A stretch of 64,000 nt of DNA, taken from assembly GCA_030390025.1 (NCBI GenBank), contig CM059438.1:56732001-56796000 (forward strand), written 5' to 3'. Source of the DNA: Squalus acanthias. Lineage: Eukaryota. The translations under genes and the position numbers were made by a program. Below the pieces are notes generated by a model. The model was not told the origin of the DNA. It did no database searches and saw nothing but the letters and a program-made list of their open reading frames with translations. This document shows positions 50,067 through 63,235 of the stretch, piece after piece (the stretch's first letter is position 1; each line of letters begins with the position of its first letter).

Positions 50067-51970
50067 TCACTGATCCACTCACCCTGCTGTACTGGCACTG
50101 AGAGACCATCACTGACCCTGCTGTACTGGGACTGAGAGACCATCACTGACCCACTCACCCTGCTGTACTGGGACTGAGAGACCATCACTGACCCACTCAC
50201 CCTGCTGTACTGGGACTGAGAGACCATCACTAACATCACTCACCCTGCTGTACTGGGACTGAGAGACCATCACTAACATCACTCACCCTGCTGTACTGGG
50301 ACTGAGAGACCATCACTGATCCACTCACCCTGCTGTACTGGGACTGAGAGACCATCACTGACCCACTCACCCTGCTGTACTGGCACTGAGAGACCATCAC
50401 TGACCCACTCACCCTGCTGTACTGGGACTGAGAGACCATCACTGATATCACTCACCCTGCTGTACTGAGACTGAGAGACCATCACTGACCCTGCTGTACT
50501 GGCACTGAGAGACCATCACTAACATCACTCACCCTGCTGTACTGGGACTGAGAGACCATCACTGACATCACTCACCCTGCTGTACTGACACTGAGAGACC
50601 ATCACTAACATCACTCACCCTGCTGTACTGGGACTGAGAGACCATCACTGACATCACTCACCCTGCTGTACTGGGACTGAGAGACCATCACTGACATCAC
50701 TCACCCTGCTGTACTGGGACTGAGAGACCATCACTGACATCACTCACCCTGCTGTACTGGGACTGAGAGACCATCACTGACCCACTCACCCTGCTGTACT
50801 GGGACTGAGAGACCATCACTGACCCACTCACCCTGCTGTACTGGGACTGAGAGACCATCACTGACATCACTCACCCTGCTGTACTGGGACTGAGAGACCA
50901 TCACTAACATCACTCACCCTGCTGTACTGGGACTGAGAGACCATCACTAACATCACTCACTCTGCTGTACTGGGACTGAGAGACCATCACTGACATCACT
51001 CACCCTGCTATACTGACACTGAGAGACCATCACTGACCCACTCACCCTGCTGTACTGTAACTGAGAGACCATCACTGACCCTGCTGTACTGACACTGAGA
51101 GACCATCACTGACCCTGCTGTACTGACACTGAGAGACCATCACTGACATCACTCACCCTGCTATACTGACACTGAGAGACCATCACTGACCCACTCACCC
51201 TGCTGTACTGGCACTGAGAGACCATCACTGACCCTGCTGTAATGACACTGAGAGACCATCACTGACCCTGCTGTACTGACACTGAGAGACCATCACTGAC
51301 ATCACTCACCCTGCTGTACTCGGCCCGTCGAGCCTGCACCACCATTCAATACGATCATGGCTGATCATTCAAATCCAGTACCCTGTCCCTGCTTTAATCC
51401 CCACAGTACACATATCCCACCCGACTGCCGTAACCCCACGTATTTAATTCCCCCTAACATATCCCATCCTATCCCCATAACCCCACATATTTAATCCCCC
51501 CCTAACACTAAGGGTCAATTTATCATAGCCAAATCAACCTAACCCGCACATTTTTGGACAGTGGGAGGAAACCGGAGCACCCGGAGGAAACCCACGCAGA
51601 CACGGGGAGAATGTGCAAACTCCACACAGACAGTCACCCGAGGTCAGATTCGAACCCGGGTCTCTGGCGCTGTGAGGCACCAGTGCTAACCACTATGCCA
51701 CCGTGTTGCCATCTGAGAGACCATCACTGACCCACTCACCCTGCTGTACTGACACTGAGAGACCATCACTGACCCACTCACCCTGCTGTACTGACACTGA
51801 GAGACCATCACTAACATCACTCACCCTGCTGTACTGGGACTGAGAGACCATCACTGACCCACTCACCCTGCTGTACTGACACTGAGAGACCATCACTGAC
51901 CCACTCACCCTGCTGTACTGGGACTGAGAGACCATCACTGACATCACTCACTGACCCACTCACCCTGCTA
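50067..51970. repeat. 42-bp (34-bp variant) minisatellite in the last NDOR1 intron, interrupted by a SINE
   Basis: CCATCACTGACCCACTCACCCTGCTGTACTGGGACTGAGAGA. Confidence 0.97.
51321..51712 (-). mobile_element. V-SINE (HE1-like) inserted in the 42-bp minisatellite
   Basis: Same head and V-domain as the 12565 copy; CR1-like tail, truncated. Confidence 0.87.
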
Positions 51971-52058
51971 TATAGAAATAGGCCTGTTTCTTCTGTATCA
52001 GGTCCCAGATGAGAGGTCCATTCTCCTTTATCCGATGCTGGACGTAGATTTTATGTTC
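51964..52058 (-). CDS. NDOR1: NDOR1 penultimate exon
   Basis: EHKIYVQHRIKENGPLIWDLIQKKQAYFYIAG; KxYVQH motif; 95 nt. Confidence 0.96.
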
Positions 52059-52225
52059 CTGCATTGAAACCACACAGAGCTGCTGTTATTTTACAGGAGA
52101 AACAGAAATCCATCGGGAAGAGGCAAAATAAATCACAATGCGAGACATGAACACTCCTGCCTTTTCTCACAGAGGCTGGAATTCTCATTACTGGGTATGC
52201 TTTGTTTTTCTGGCTCTTTCTCACT

Positions 52226-52500
52226 GTCAGCCCTGGCTCAGTGGGTACCACTCTCACCTCCGAGTCAGAAGGTTGAGACTCCAGTGCAGTGCTGAGGGAG
52301 TGCTACACTGTCAGAGGTGCCGTCTTTCAGATGAGACGTTAACTGAGGCCCCGTCTGCTCTCTCAGGTGGACGTAGAAGATCCCAGGGCCACTGTTTCGA
52401 ATAAGAGAAGGGGAGTTCTCCTGGTCAATATTTATCCCTAAACCAAAATTATTAAAAGTTATTTATCTGGTTATTTGTTTGTGGGACCTGCTGTGTTTCC
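52226..52500 (+). mobile_element. DeuSINE partial copy
   Basis: Head and Deu core. Confidence 0.75.
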
Positions 52501-52597
52501 GACATTACCTCTTCTCCAACGAAGCCTTCACAAGGTCGCAACGTGACTCAGGTCAGATCTGAACCTGCGTGGTTCAACTGAGGACTGTCGAGGGTGT

Positions 52598-54412
52598 AAG
52601 AACATAAGAAATAGGAGCAGGAATAGGCCACTTGGCCCCTCGAGCCTGCTCCGCCATTCAATAAGATCATGGCTGATCTTGGGCTCAAAGCCACTTCCCT
52701 GCCCAGCTCCCCATAACCCTTCACTCCCTTATGTTGCAAAAATCTGTCGATCTCCACCTTAAATGTATTTAATGACCCAGCCTCCACGGCTCTCTGGGGC
52801 AGAGAATTCCACAGATTTACGACCCTCTGAGAGAAGAAATTCCTCCTCATCTCAGTTCTAAAAGGGCGACCCTTTATTCTGAAACTATGCCCCCGAGTTC
52901 TAGATTTCCCCACGAGGGGAAACATCCTCTCTGCATCTACCTTGTCGAGCCCCCTCAGTATCTTATATGTTTCAATAAAATCACCTCTCATTCTTCTAAA
53001 TTCCAATGAGTATATGCCCACCCTGCTCAACCTTTCTACATAAGTCAACCCCCTCATCTCTGGAATCAACCGTGTGAATCGTCTCTGAACTGCCTCCAAT
53101 GCAAGTATATCCTTCCTTAAATAAGGAGACCAAAACTGTACGCAGTACTCAAGGTGTGGTCTCACCAATACCCTGTACAGTTGTAGCAGGACTTCCCTGC
53201 TTTTATACTCCAACCCCCTTGCAATAAAGGCCAACATTCCAATTGCCTTTTTGATTACTTGCTGTACCTGCATGCTAACTTTTTGTGTTTTATGCACAAG
53301 TACCCCCAGGTCCCTCTGAACTGTAGTATTTTGTAATCTCTCTCCATTTAAATAATAATTTGCTTTTTTATTTTTTTTGCCAAAGTGAATAACCTCGCAC
53401 TTTCCCACATTATACTCCATCTGCCAAATGTTTGCCCACTCACTTAGCCTATCTATATCCCTTTGCAGATTCTTTGAGTCCTCTGCACAACTTGCTTTCC
53501 CACCCATCTTTGTATCATCCGCAAACTTGGCTACATTACACTTGATCCCTTCATCCAAGTCATTAATGTAGATTGTAAATAGTTGAGGCCTCAGCACCGA
53601 TCCCTGTGGCACCCCACTAGTTACCGTTTGCCAACCGGAAAATGACCCATTTATCCCGACTCTCTGCTTTCTGTTAGTTAGCCAATTCTCTATCCATGCT
53701 AATATATTACCCCCAACTCCGTGAGCTCTTATCTTATGCAGTAACCTTTTATGTGACACCTTATCGAATGCCTTCTGGAAATCCAAATACACCACATCCA
53801 CTGGCTCACCTTTGTCCACCCTGCTCGTTACATCCTCAAAGAACTCCAGCAAATTTGTTAAACATGATTTCCCTTTCATAAAACCATGTTGACTCTGCTT
53901 GACTGCATTATGATTTTCCAAATGCACTGTTACTGCTTCCTTAATGAAGGACTCCAGCATTTTCCCAACGACAGATGTTAGGCTAACTGGTCTACAGTTT
54001 CCTGCTTTCTGTCTCCCGCCTTTCTTCAATAGGAGTGTTACATTTGTGGTTTTCCAATCCGCTGGGACCTCTCCAGAGTCCAGGGAATTTTGGTATATTG
54101 CAACCAATGCATCCACTATCTCTGCAGCCACTTCTTTTAAGACCCTGGGATGCAGGCCATCTGGTCCAGGGGACTTGTCGTCTTTTAGTCCCATTATTTT
54201 ACCAAGTATTTTTTCCTTAGTGATAGTGATTGTCTTTAGTTCCTCCCTCCCTGTGGCCCCTTGATTATCCATTATTGGGATGTTGTTAGTGTCTTCTACC
54301 GTGAAGACAGATACAAAATATTTGTTCAGAGTCTCTGCCATTTCCCCGTTCCCCATTATTAATTCCCCAGTCTCATCCTCTAAGGGACCAACGTTTACTT
54401 TAGCTACTTTCT
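52598..54412 (-). mobile_element. 5'-truncated young CR1 with an open RT frame, in an NDOR1 intron
   Basis: ORF 52548..54497 carries the full RT domain (QGSVL, FADD); TTCTTATG tail. Confidence 0.93.
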
Positions 54413-54993
54413 TCCTGATGTCAGGAATTTCCAAGGGAAGCCTGGGAGCCAACCCCGCGCACACTACCTTGACACAGAGGTGTGGGCGGCCTCCCACAAA
54501 CCAAAATGTAAAGGTTCAGCCCGCATTAAGGTGTGGCCCTTGGTATGGCCTCGACTGGTTTTCAACTAACTCCCTTATATCCTGAAAGAACTCCAGTAGA
54601 TTCATCAAGAATGTCCTACGAGCTGTAAATCTATAGTGACTTCTCATCACTCTGTTTCTCCTGATGCTTCTCTTGTTCAGTATCCTTTCTGTTCCTTTCC
54701 CGATAGCCAGCTCCCTGGGTTACCTTTAAATCTCCTTTTATAAACCTTGGTGTGTTCTGCATCTTGCCGGTTCACTAGATTTATCACCAAAAACTTGCCG
54801 ACAAGTATGGAAATAGCTCCTAAAATCTAAGCAGTAGCACTGATCAGAAATCAGACGATACCAGCAACAGAGGATTTCTGAAAGATAGATATGGGTGGAG
54901 TTCACATTTTAAATTTGGTGGTTTGCTCCATCTCCACACCAAGCCCAGCCCCAGCCTCCATCTCTCCCTCCCGGTCCTGCTGCCAAGCCTCAC

Positions 54994-55112
54994 CTGGTCC
55001 CGAGAGAAGGCAGTGAATAGGGTCAGGAAGCCCTTCCGGTTCAGCTCCTCCCACTCCTCTCGGCAGAAGAAATCCTTCGACTTCCCACGGCAGCCAAAGA
55101 ACAGGTAACTGT
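54994..55112 (-). CDS. NDOR1: NDOR1 exon
   Basis: SYLFFGCRGKSKDFFCREEWEELNRKGFLTLFTAFSRDQ; 119 nt. Confidence 0.97.
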
Positions 55113-55796
55113 CTAGTGATGGAAAGCAGAGTTGTCACGATGCTGGATTCTGTGGGCATTACCACCCTCTCCACCGCACCCCCCCGCCCCGCCACAAAAA
55201 GGACTTGGACATCAGTGATTTTAATGTGTGTTTTGGGGCTGTAGCTTGCCCAGGCAGCCCCCATGCTGGGTTTGGCCAGCCACAGGCAGGCGAGAGATGG
55301 CTATAATGTGGGACGGGCGGTTGTTTTGCACAGACCACATTAGTTAGCAATGTCTGGCCGTTCAGGAGACAACAAGCACCTTGCTTTTGCCTAATTTCTT
55401 TGATCTCTGTGAGTCTTTGAAGGGAGGGCTTTTAAGAATCAACACGGACACCCCACATGAGTCAGGTAGGTGTCGGCCACAAGCATCGAGAGGGAGTGGT
55501 TGTGTCCTGAGGCTAAGGACGCACTGAAGTGGGTGAGTGGACGTGTGTTTATTTTTGTTACGGCACGCGAGCAGATTGAACTGATTGTTAGCACGTCACT
55601 TTCATCACACTCAGTGTTGTGATTGGGGAATAAAGCAACTTATTAACCGCACCAAAAAGCATCACTCCTAGCGTTAGCTCGGCGATTTGGAGAGACTGAA
55701 GGAGCACGCGTGCTTGAGACACAAGAGACCATCCCAGAGCAGGTGGGGAGTTTCCTGGTTATACTCCCGGTTCTGGCTACCATGCTAGCAGAGACT

Positions 55797-56215
55797 GGGC
55801 AGTGGGTAGCACTCTCACCTGGGAGTCAGAAGGTTGTGGGTTCAAGCACCCACTCCAGAGCACAAGATCCAGGCTGACACTCCCGTGCAGTACTGAGGGA
55901 GTGCTGCACTGTGGGAGGTGCCGTCTTTCGGATCAGATGTTAAACCAAGGCCCCGTCTGCTCGTTCAGGTGGATGTAAAAGATTCCACGGCACAATTTCA
56001 AAGAAGAGTGGGGAGTTCTCCTGGCCAATATTTATCACTAAACCAAAATCACTGGAAAAACCCCAGATTATTTGGTAATTGCTGTTTGTGGGAGCTTGCT
56101 GTCCCTAAATTGGCAGTCGCGTTGCCTGCAGTACAACAGTGACTACATTTCACTACATTTGGCTGTAAAGCGCTTTGGGACATCCTGAGGTTGTGAAGGT
56201 GCTATAGATATGAAA
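55797..56215 (+). mobile_element. DeuSINE copy
   Basis: Colinear with 57741-58196. Confidence 0.8.
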
Positions 56216-56355
56216 ATTCTTTCTGTTTTTACTTTTCCAATAAAAAGGCAGACAACCAGACATTTAAAATATTGGATCCCACAAAAGGTGGTGAAGAAAC
56301 TAGCGACCCTGGACACTAAACCAACAAAATGTGCTTCGAGCCAACAACCTCTGAC

Positions 56356-56502
56356 CTTTCTTTCCCTTGGCAACACGTTCCTGTATTACTGCTCGGAATG
56401 GCGCCACTCCCGTGCCGGGTCCAACCATTATAACGGGGGTTTCAGTGTCTGCAGGAAATTGCAGCACCCCCTTCTTCACCCACAGTGGCACATACACATC
56501 AC
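56356..56502 (-). CDS. NDOR1: NDOR1 exon (NADPH-binding domain)
   Basis: [57 protein letters not shown] motif. Confidence 0.97.
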
Positions 56503-57740
56503 CTGCTGGTGGAATGGAAGGAGATTTAGTCACAACGATTGTCACTGACTTCCTTTGGAAAGACCAGAGAGGGGGGATGTGAGATCTCATCAGGCAACAC
56601 CAACAAACGCAGTCCCCCTACAGCCTTCCAGTCCACTAATACCGTCAGATTATGGGCATCTCCCACCTCTAATCACCCTTTGCAAAGGTTATCTGTTGGA
56701 GGATATTTATTCGCTTTTCCAGCTTTTTACTGAAATTAAGGCAGAACATAATGCAAGAATTATGGGTAGGATAAAGCGTAGCAATATGGGTCAAGATAAT
56801 TAGCCCGAGAAAGCAGTGTGAGCTTCTGCACATAGCCTTTCTAAAGCCCTTAAACTCAGGATAAAACATCTTGAGCAAACCATACAGGAAGCAGAGGTTT
56901 AGCATTTTAAATAGCTTACTTTACCAGCTACACAGCAAGGTATTTCGGCAGAGACATGTGCAATGGAAGGTGGCTGACCACTGTCGAAAAGGATGATAAT
57001 TTTAGACAATGGAACAAGATCCTGATGTGGGCGAGGCCCCTACGTCTGTGTGGGTTCAGCAATCCGTTCGATGACCCAAGGGTTAGAAGATGGCCAACGA
57101 GTTAAACTCAATGATGTAAGGGTCACAAGCTAAAACTGATGACTTAACTGAACTGTAAAAGTTACAATAAATGGGCAATGAAATGACTATAAAGAGGGAG
57201 CAAAGCTCTTGCTATCTGTCACTTCGGGACAACAGGAGACAGAATCTGAACCTAACCGAGTGCCCCAAGCGTGAGTGTGCAGTCACCTGCTTGTATCAGA
57301 ATAGGTCTGATAGACGCTTGTTAACTGTCCATTAATATAGTGTCTAATTCAGTTCGCATGGACTTTTGATGTTGAACTGACGTTTCGTGAATGAATTAGA
57401 ACCAGAACTTAACATTTCCTCCATATTGTCACGTAACAAAAGAAAGGGTCTGAAGCTGAACACAACTGCACCACTTGAATCATCCTCCATTCTTCACTCA
57501 CCCTACTCTCTGCTGGAGTCTATGAGACAGGATTCTCACCGAGAGGCAGCTATACCGCTCACAGACTGCCCTCCCACTGCTGACAAGAGATCCATGAGAG
57601 GTCCAGTGAGACAAGCAATGTCAGTAGCATTCCTTCCCCCGCTCATAAAAATAGGAAACCTTCATAATCCATGGAAAAGGGAGATAGTTTTTGTTAGCAC
57701 CGTTTCTCAGTTACCTTGATGCTGTGTTTTATGCTTTAGT

Positions 57741-58196
57741 GTCAGCCGTGGCTCAGTGGGTAGCACTCTCGCCTCTGAGTCAGTAGGTTGTGGGTTCAAA
57801 TCCCATTCCAGGACTTGAGCACATAATTTAGGTTGATGCTCCAGTGCAGTACTGAGGGAGTGCTGCACTGTCAGAGGTGCCATCTTTTTGGTGAGATGTT
57901 AAACCGAGGCCCCGTCTGCCTTCTCAAGTGGATGTAAAAGAACTCATGGCACTATTTTTGAAGAGCAGGGAAGTTATCCCCAGTGTCCTGGCCAATATTT
58001 ATCATTCAACCAACATCACTAAAAAACAGATTAATTGGTCATTTATCTCATTGCTGATTGGGGGAGCTTGCTGTGCGCAAATTGGCTGCTACATTTCCCT
58101 ACTTTACAACAGCGACTGCACTTCAAAAGTACTTCATTGGCTGTAAAGCGCATTGGGACACCCTGAGGACGTGAAAGGCGCTATAGAAATGCAAGT
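57741..58196 (+). mobile_element. tRNA-headed DeuSINE (SacSINE1-like), near full length
   Basis: A/B boxes, Deu core GTGCAGTACTGAGGGAGTGCTGCACTGT, L2-like tail. Confidence 0.82.
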
Positions 58197-59423
58197 GTGC
58201 TCACTCGTTAAGCCGCTGGTTAGAGACGACCCAGAAGCAGATATCTGATGTGGATCTACCACTGATGTGAAATCGCGGACAATGAAGGCTGCTCACAGTC
58301 CACCACTTCCAGTGACGAGTTCGAGGTGTCTGTAGATATCACCATTTTTAACTGACTATTCAGTAGCAGATACTCGAAGAATGAAGAGGGCTTGGACCAG
58401 CTGACAGTCAACAACAACTGGCATTGATACAGTGCCCTGAGCACAGAGAAAGGTTCCAGGCTCTTCACAGGCTGCTGTAAGGAAATGGACACCCAGCCAG
58501 GATGGGAGAGATTAGGAGGGTGACAGGGAGTATGGTTAGATAGAGGGGCTTTGAGGAGGTTTTAAATGTGGAGAGAAAGAGCGAGAATGAGAGAGAGAGA
58601 AATTTTGGGAGGGAGTTGGTGAGAGTGGAGCCAAGGCAGCTGAGAGCCCCACCACCAAGCGACGGCTAATGGGAGACATAGAAGGCTGCAGAGCAACACA
58701 GTGTCTGTGGGGGCGATATAGGGTTGGAGGAGATTGCAGAGATAGGGAGGGCAGCGATCAATGAGGGATTTATAGACAAGGATTTCAGGTGTTGGGGTAC
58801 AGGGATCAGTGAGGACCAATGGTGATTGGGACAGTGGGGGTGTCGGGATACAGGCAGCTGAGTCACAACCTTCTGATTCAGAGGCGAGAGGTTGCTGCCA
58901 CTGAGCCACGGCTGACACCCAATAGGAAGGAGTGGAATCACGCGAGGGAAGTCCCGTGGAGGCGGTGTGGTCAACCGTATGAAACACTGCAAACAGAAAG
59001 ACAGAACAAGAAGGAGTTTGATCCTCCATGCCACCAAGTGGCTGATCTCAGCCACAACGCACGGGACGGGCAGGGGTTCTGAGCAGAGTTCTGGTGTCTC
59101 CCTGCAGGACAGAAATAAAAATAAATCGCCGCGGACTCACCAGGTCACAATGTATTGAGAGCACGGTAACCCAGTCCACCCACTCCAGCAGGAGGATAAT
59201 GGAGAAGCAATAAAGGTGCAAAATCTCACAGGATACACACACACACCCTTAAAAACACACTAATAAACGGGTGTGTGCAGGCCCAGTGTCAGCCGCCCAT
59301 GCTGTCAGTCTCTGGTTCTCTCTCTGTCTGGCCGTGACCATCAACCTCAACAGAGCCAGCCTTCAAACAGCAACTGATGACCGTGGGTCCAAGAGAATCG
59401 AGGGGTCAACTGGCGAGACTTAC

Positions 59424-59538
59424 TCTGCTGGGGGTTTTGGGATGCCAGCCAACTGGAACACAGGCCACAACGAGGCTTCTTCAACTTGGTCTTGTACCGA
59501 ACGACCGCCATCAGGATCTGAATCTGACTGGGGTGAGC
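59424..59538 (-). CDS. NDOR1: NDOR1 exon
   Basis: AHPSQIQILMAVVRYKTKLKKPRCGLCSSWLASQNPQQ; 115 nt. Confidence 0.95.
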
Positions 59539-60103
59539 CTGGGAAACAGGAAGCAGACTGAGAATCTTATATTCACATCGATTTCCATCGACCATTTGAT
59601 GGTTCCAGAGAGCACTATTAGGGTGATGGGGAAGCTCCATCCAGACCCCAGCATGGAAGCCTGGGTGGCCACGAGCCGTGATTCGAGTACTGTAGCAGGG
59701 CAATCGGCCAAAGGTCCCAGTCCCTTTGTCCCTGCATCTTTCACACGGATCCAGAGCAACTAGAATATCCCTCGTATACAGGGGCTGTCACTATTCATCA
59801 ACGCCACATTTTTCAGTCTGCAATATGTTGCGACATCATCAAACTATCAAATGAACATTTTTAATACTTGGAAAAAATCCAGAGGGAGGATTGGGTTCTG
59901 CAGCCTGTGTAGAGAGCTCTCTGACGGCCCTGCGCAGCCCGGGACCGGCTTCAGCAATGTTAAATTTCATGCATGCGCAAAACTGCGAATGGGCAGCACC
60001 GCCCTTAAAAGGGCCGCGCACCCAAAGAAAAATTAGGGGAAACATTGCCCCACAGTGAGCAATAGTGTCCCAAATGAAAACAGTGAAGGAGTGGGGTCCT
60101 TAC

Positions 60104-60211
60104 CAGCTGTGAGGAAGCAATGGAGAATGCCCGGGGTCGGATTTCGGGAATGAGGTCGAAGAGATAGTCGGGTGGAATGGCAGCAGTGGTGTGAGGGAAA
60201 TCGCATAGAAT
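60104..60211 (-). CDS. NDOR1: NDOR1 exon
   Basis: ILCDFPHTTAAIPPDYLFDLIPEIRPRAFSIASSQL; RxFSIASS FAD motif; 108 nt. Confidence 0.96.
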
Positions 60212-61195
60212 CTAGGAAAGGACACAGGAATTTCAGAACTTCACAGAATTCAACACACCCAGTGAGACCAGAAACAAGTACGGCTGTGTTAAAAAACACG
60301 ACTTTTCTAAGAACATGCCAGAAAACTCTGCCTTGTTCTGAAGCCGTGCTGCTGGGTTACAGCACTGGGAATCTTGCACCGTTTTATCACCAAGGCACGG
60401 AGTTGTGTCTCCGCCATGCTGTGCATTCTGGGAAGGATGACCTCCACCTTTCCTCTCTTACCCATCCTTAGATGAGGTTGCTGCTTTCAGCCAATCGTTT
60501 ACCACTGGAGGTGACAGGAACATCGCACTCCTTCTCCCTCGCCTTCCCTTGGATCTGAATGACTAGCTGCCTCGCTCTTGAATAGATATCCCAATGCGAG
60601 CTCCTTTTTCCTCCTAAGGCATCACTCCTCCTACCAAACAGGTCCCTCCTCAGAACAGGTGGCTGCTAGCTCCATCCTCCTCGACGGATGGCTGCCAAAC
60701 CAGCACCCGCCCCCCCCTCCCCCGCGTGAATGGATGATCCCCCTCAACTCCGGAGCAATGGCTTCATGCACCATGGGCAGAGGATCATCCAGTGCCTGCT
60801 CACCAGGTGGTCCTGCAGGCCTCGTGACTTTAAGGCTTAACCTTCAGAGTGCTCCCTATCTCTGTAACCTCCTCCAGCACTTCGAGATCTCCGCGCTCCT
60901 CTAGTTCTGGTCTCTTGCGCATCCCCGATTTTCTTCGCTCCACCATTGGCGGCCATGCCTTCAGCTATCTAGGCCCTAAGCTGTAGAATTCCCTTCCTAA
61001 ACCTCTTCGCCTCTCTACATCTCTCTCTTCCTTTAAGACGCTCCTTAAAACCTACCTCTGACCAAGACCTGCCCTAATATCTCAAGTGGCTCAAATCCGT
61101 ATTTTGTTTGCTAACGCTCCTGTGAAGCGCCTTGGGACGTTTTACTACACTAAAGACGCTATATAAATACAAGTTGTTGTTGTCCTCTGGCCTAC

Positions 61196-61416
61196 CTCCA
61201 AGGTGGTCCTGCGAAGCCTGTTGCAGTAGCTGTACAACTCCTCCTGGCCCTCGGCTGAGCTGAATTCTTTCAGCTTCTCCTGCTCCATCTCGTCGGGAGA
61301 GAAGTACGACAAGAGGTCGAAGAAGGAGCGTCGCGGGACGCAGTTAATGTCCAGGTAACGCTCCAACAGGTACTGAACTGTACAAGGCTGTGGTAATCGC
61401 GCAGGAAGCGGTGTCG
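61196..61416 (-). CDS. NDOR1: NDOR1 internal exon (FAD-binding/connecting domain); upstream exons lie beyond the window
   Basis: TPLPARLPQPCTVQYLLERYLDINCVPRRSFFDLLSYFSPDEMEQEKLKEFSSAEGQEELYSYCNRLRRTTLE; AG/GT. Confidence 0.95.
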
Positions 61417-61884
61417 CTGAAGAGGGAGAGTGTGGGATGTCAGTCACGGCAGCACGAGGTACAAGGGAAATCCAAAGGCAGGAATCTGGCGGGTTCGATC
61501 CCAGATCACAATGAAGCTGATCCCACTTCATATCTTATACCTTGCACACCGATTAAATCTCTTTCTGTACTTCATACACAATTAAGATTTAGACAAAATA
61601 ACACCCGGCACATACAGCGGCCGGCGACTGATTCCAGCAGAGTGAACAGCGGTTTGGGAGAAACAGTAAGTGCAGGACAATGAAATACAAATGGCCACCA
61701 CTTACTCCCATTGAACAGCTCGGGAATCTGAGGCTGGATTTACCTCATTTTATGGAAGCTGCTGTGGGACATGGGGAGGTGGGAGCAAGTTTACTTAAAC
61801 TGCCCAATATACACCACATTCTGTTTACAATCACAAAATACACAACAAAGGGGTATGCACTTCATTCCCCAGTGTTTGTGGAAA

Positions 61885-63235
61885 GGTCAGTAACAGGGAG
61901 GATCGATGAAGGGAATGCAATGGATGTTGTCTACATGGATTTTCGGAAGGCGTTTGACAAAGTACCACATAGAAGGCTGGTTAACAAAATTGAGGCTCAT
62001 GGAATAGGTGCGTCAGTGGCAGCTTGGATAAGGAACTGGCTTAAGGACAGAAAACAGGGAGTTGTGGTAAATGGCTGTTTTTCAGACTGGAGGATGGTAG
62101 ACAGTGGTGTTCCCCAAGGGTCAGTGCTGGGGCCACTATATAAATAAATGACCTGGATATTGGAATACAGAGTAGAATTTCTAAATTTACCGATGACACC
62201 AAACTTGGGGGTGTGGCAAACAGTGAGGATGATACCCATCGACTGCAACATGACATAGAAAGGCTAGCAGAATGGGCAGACAAGTGGCAGATAGAATTTA
62301 ATACAGAGAAGTGTATTTTGCATTTTGGCAGAAGGAACAGGGAGAGGCAATATACACTTAATGGCACTTTTTTTTTTAAAGAGTGTGCAGGGACAGAGGG
62401 ACCTGGGAGTTAATGTGCATAGGTCCCTGAAGGTGGCAGGACATATTGAGAGAGTGATTAGCAAAGCATATGGGATCTTGGGCTTCATAAATAGAGGTAT
62501 TGAGTACAAAAGTAGAGAAGTTATGCTGAACCTTTATAAAGCGCTGGTTAGGCCACAACTGGAGTATTGCGTCCAGTTCTGGTCACCACACTTTAGGAAG
62601 GATGTGAAGGCCCTTGAGAGGGTGCAGAGGAGATTTACCAGAATGGTTCCAGTGATGGGGGATCTTAGCTACAAGGACAGGTTGGAGAAGCTGGATTTGT
62701 TTCCATTTAAAAAAAATTTTTTATTCGCTTATGGGATCTGGGCGTCGCTGGCAAGGCCAGCATTTATTGCCCATCCCTAGATGCCCTTGAGAAGGTGGTG
62801 GTGAGCCGCCTTCTTGAACTGCTGCAGTCCGTGTGGTTCATTAGAGCAAAGGAGGTTGAGAGGTGATTTGATAGAGGTGGACAAGATTATGACGGGTTTG
62901 GATCGGCTAGACGGGGAAAGGCTGTTCCCACTAGTTGATGGTACAAGGACTAGGGGACACAGATTTAAGGTATTGGGCAAGAGATACAGGGGGGATGTGA
63001 GAAAAAACTTTTTTACGCAGCGAGTGGTGAGGATCTGGAACTCGCTGCCGACGGAAGTGGTGGAAGCGGAGACACTCAATGTTTTCAAGGGGAGACTGGA
63101 TAGGCACTTGAGGGAAATAAACTTGCAGGGCTGCGGGGATAGAGCGGGGGAATGGGACTGACTGGATTGCTCTACAAAGAGCTGGCACGGACCCGATGGG
63201 CCGAATGGCCTCTTTCTGTGCCCTTATGTCTCTAG
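61885..63235 (+). mobile_element. CR1 RT 3' part, with an antisense LINE-tail insertion at ~62708-62836
   Basis: [33 protein letters not shown] peptides. Confidence 0.9.

Noticed and set aside
59377..59763. Plus-strand 128-aa ORF and similar short ORFs over exons
   Set aside because: Antisense shadows of NDOR1/ALAD exons or of repeats
59930..60050. Possible hAT-like transposon end (GGGGAAACATTG)
   Set aside because: Only one candidate terminal repeat seen; no matching end or TSD
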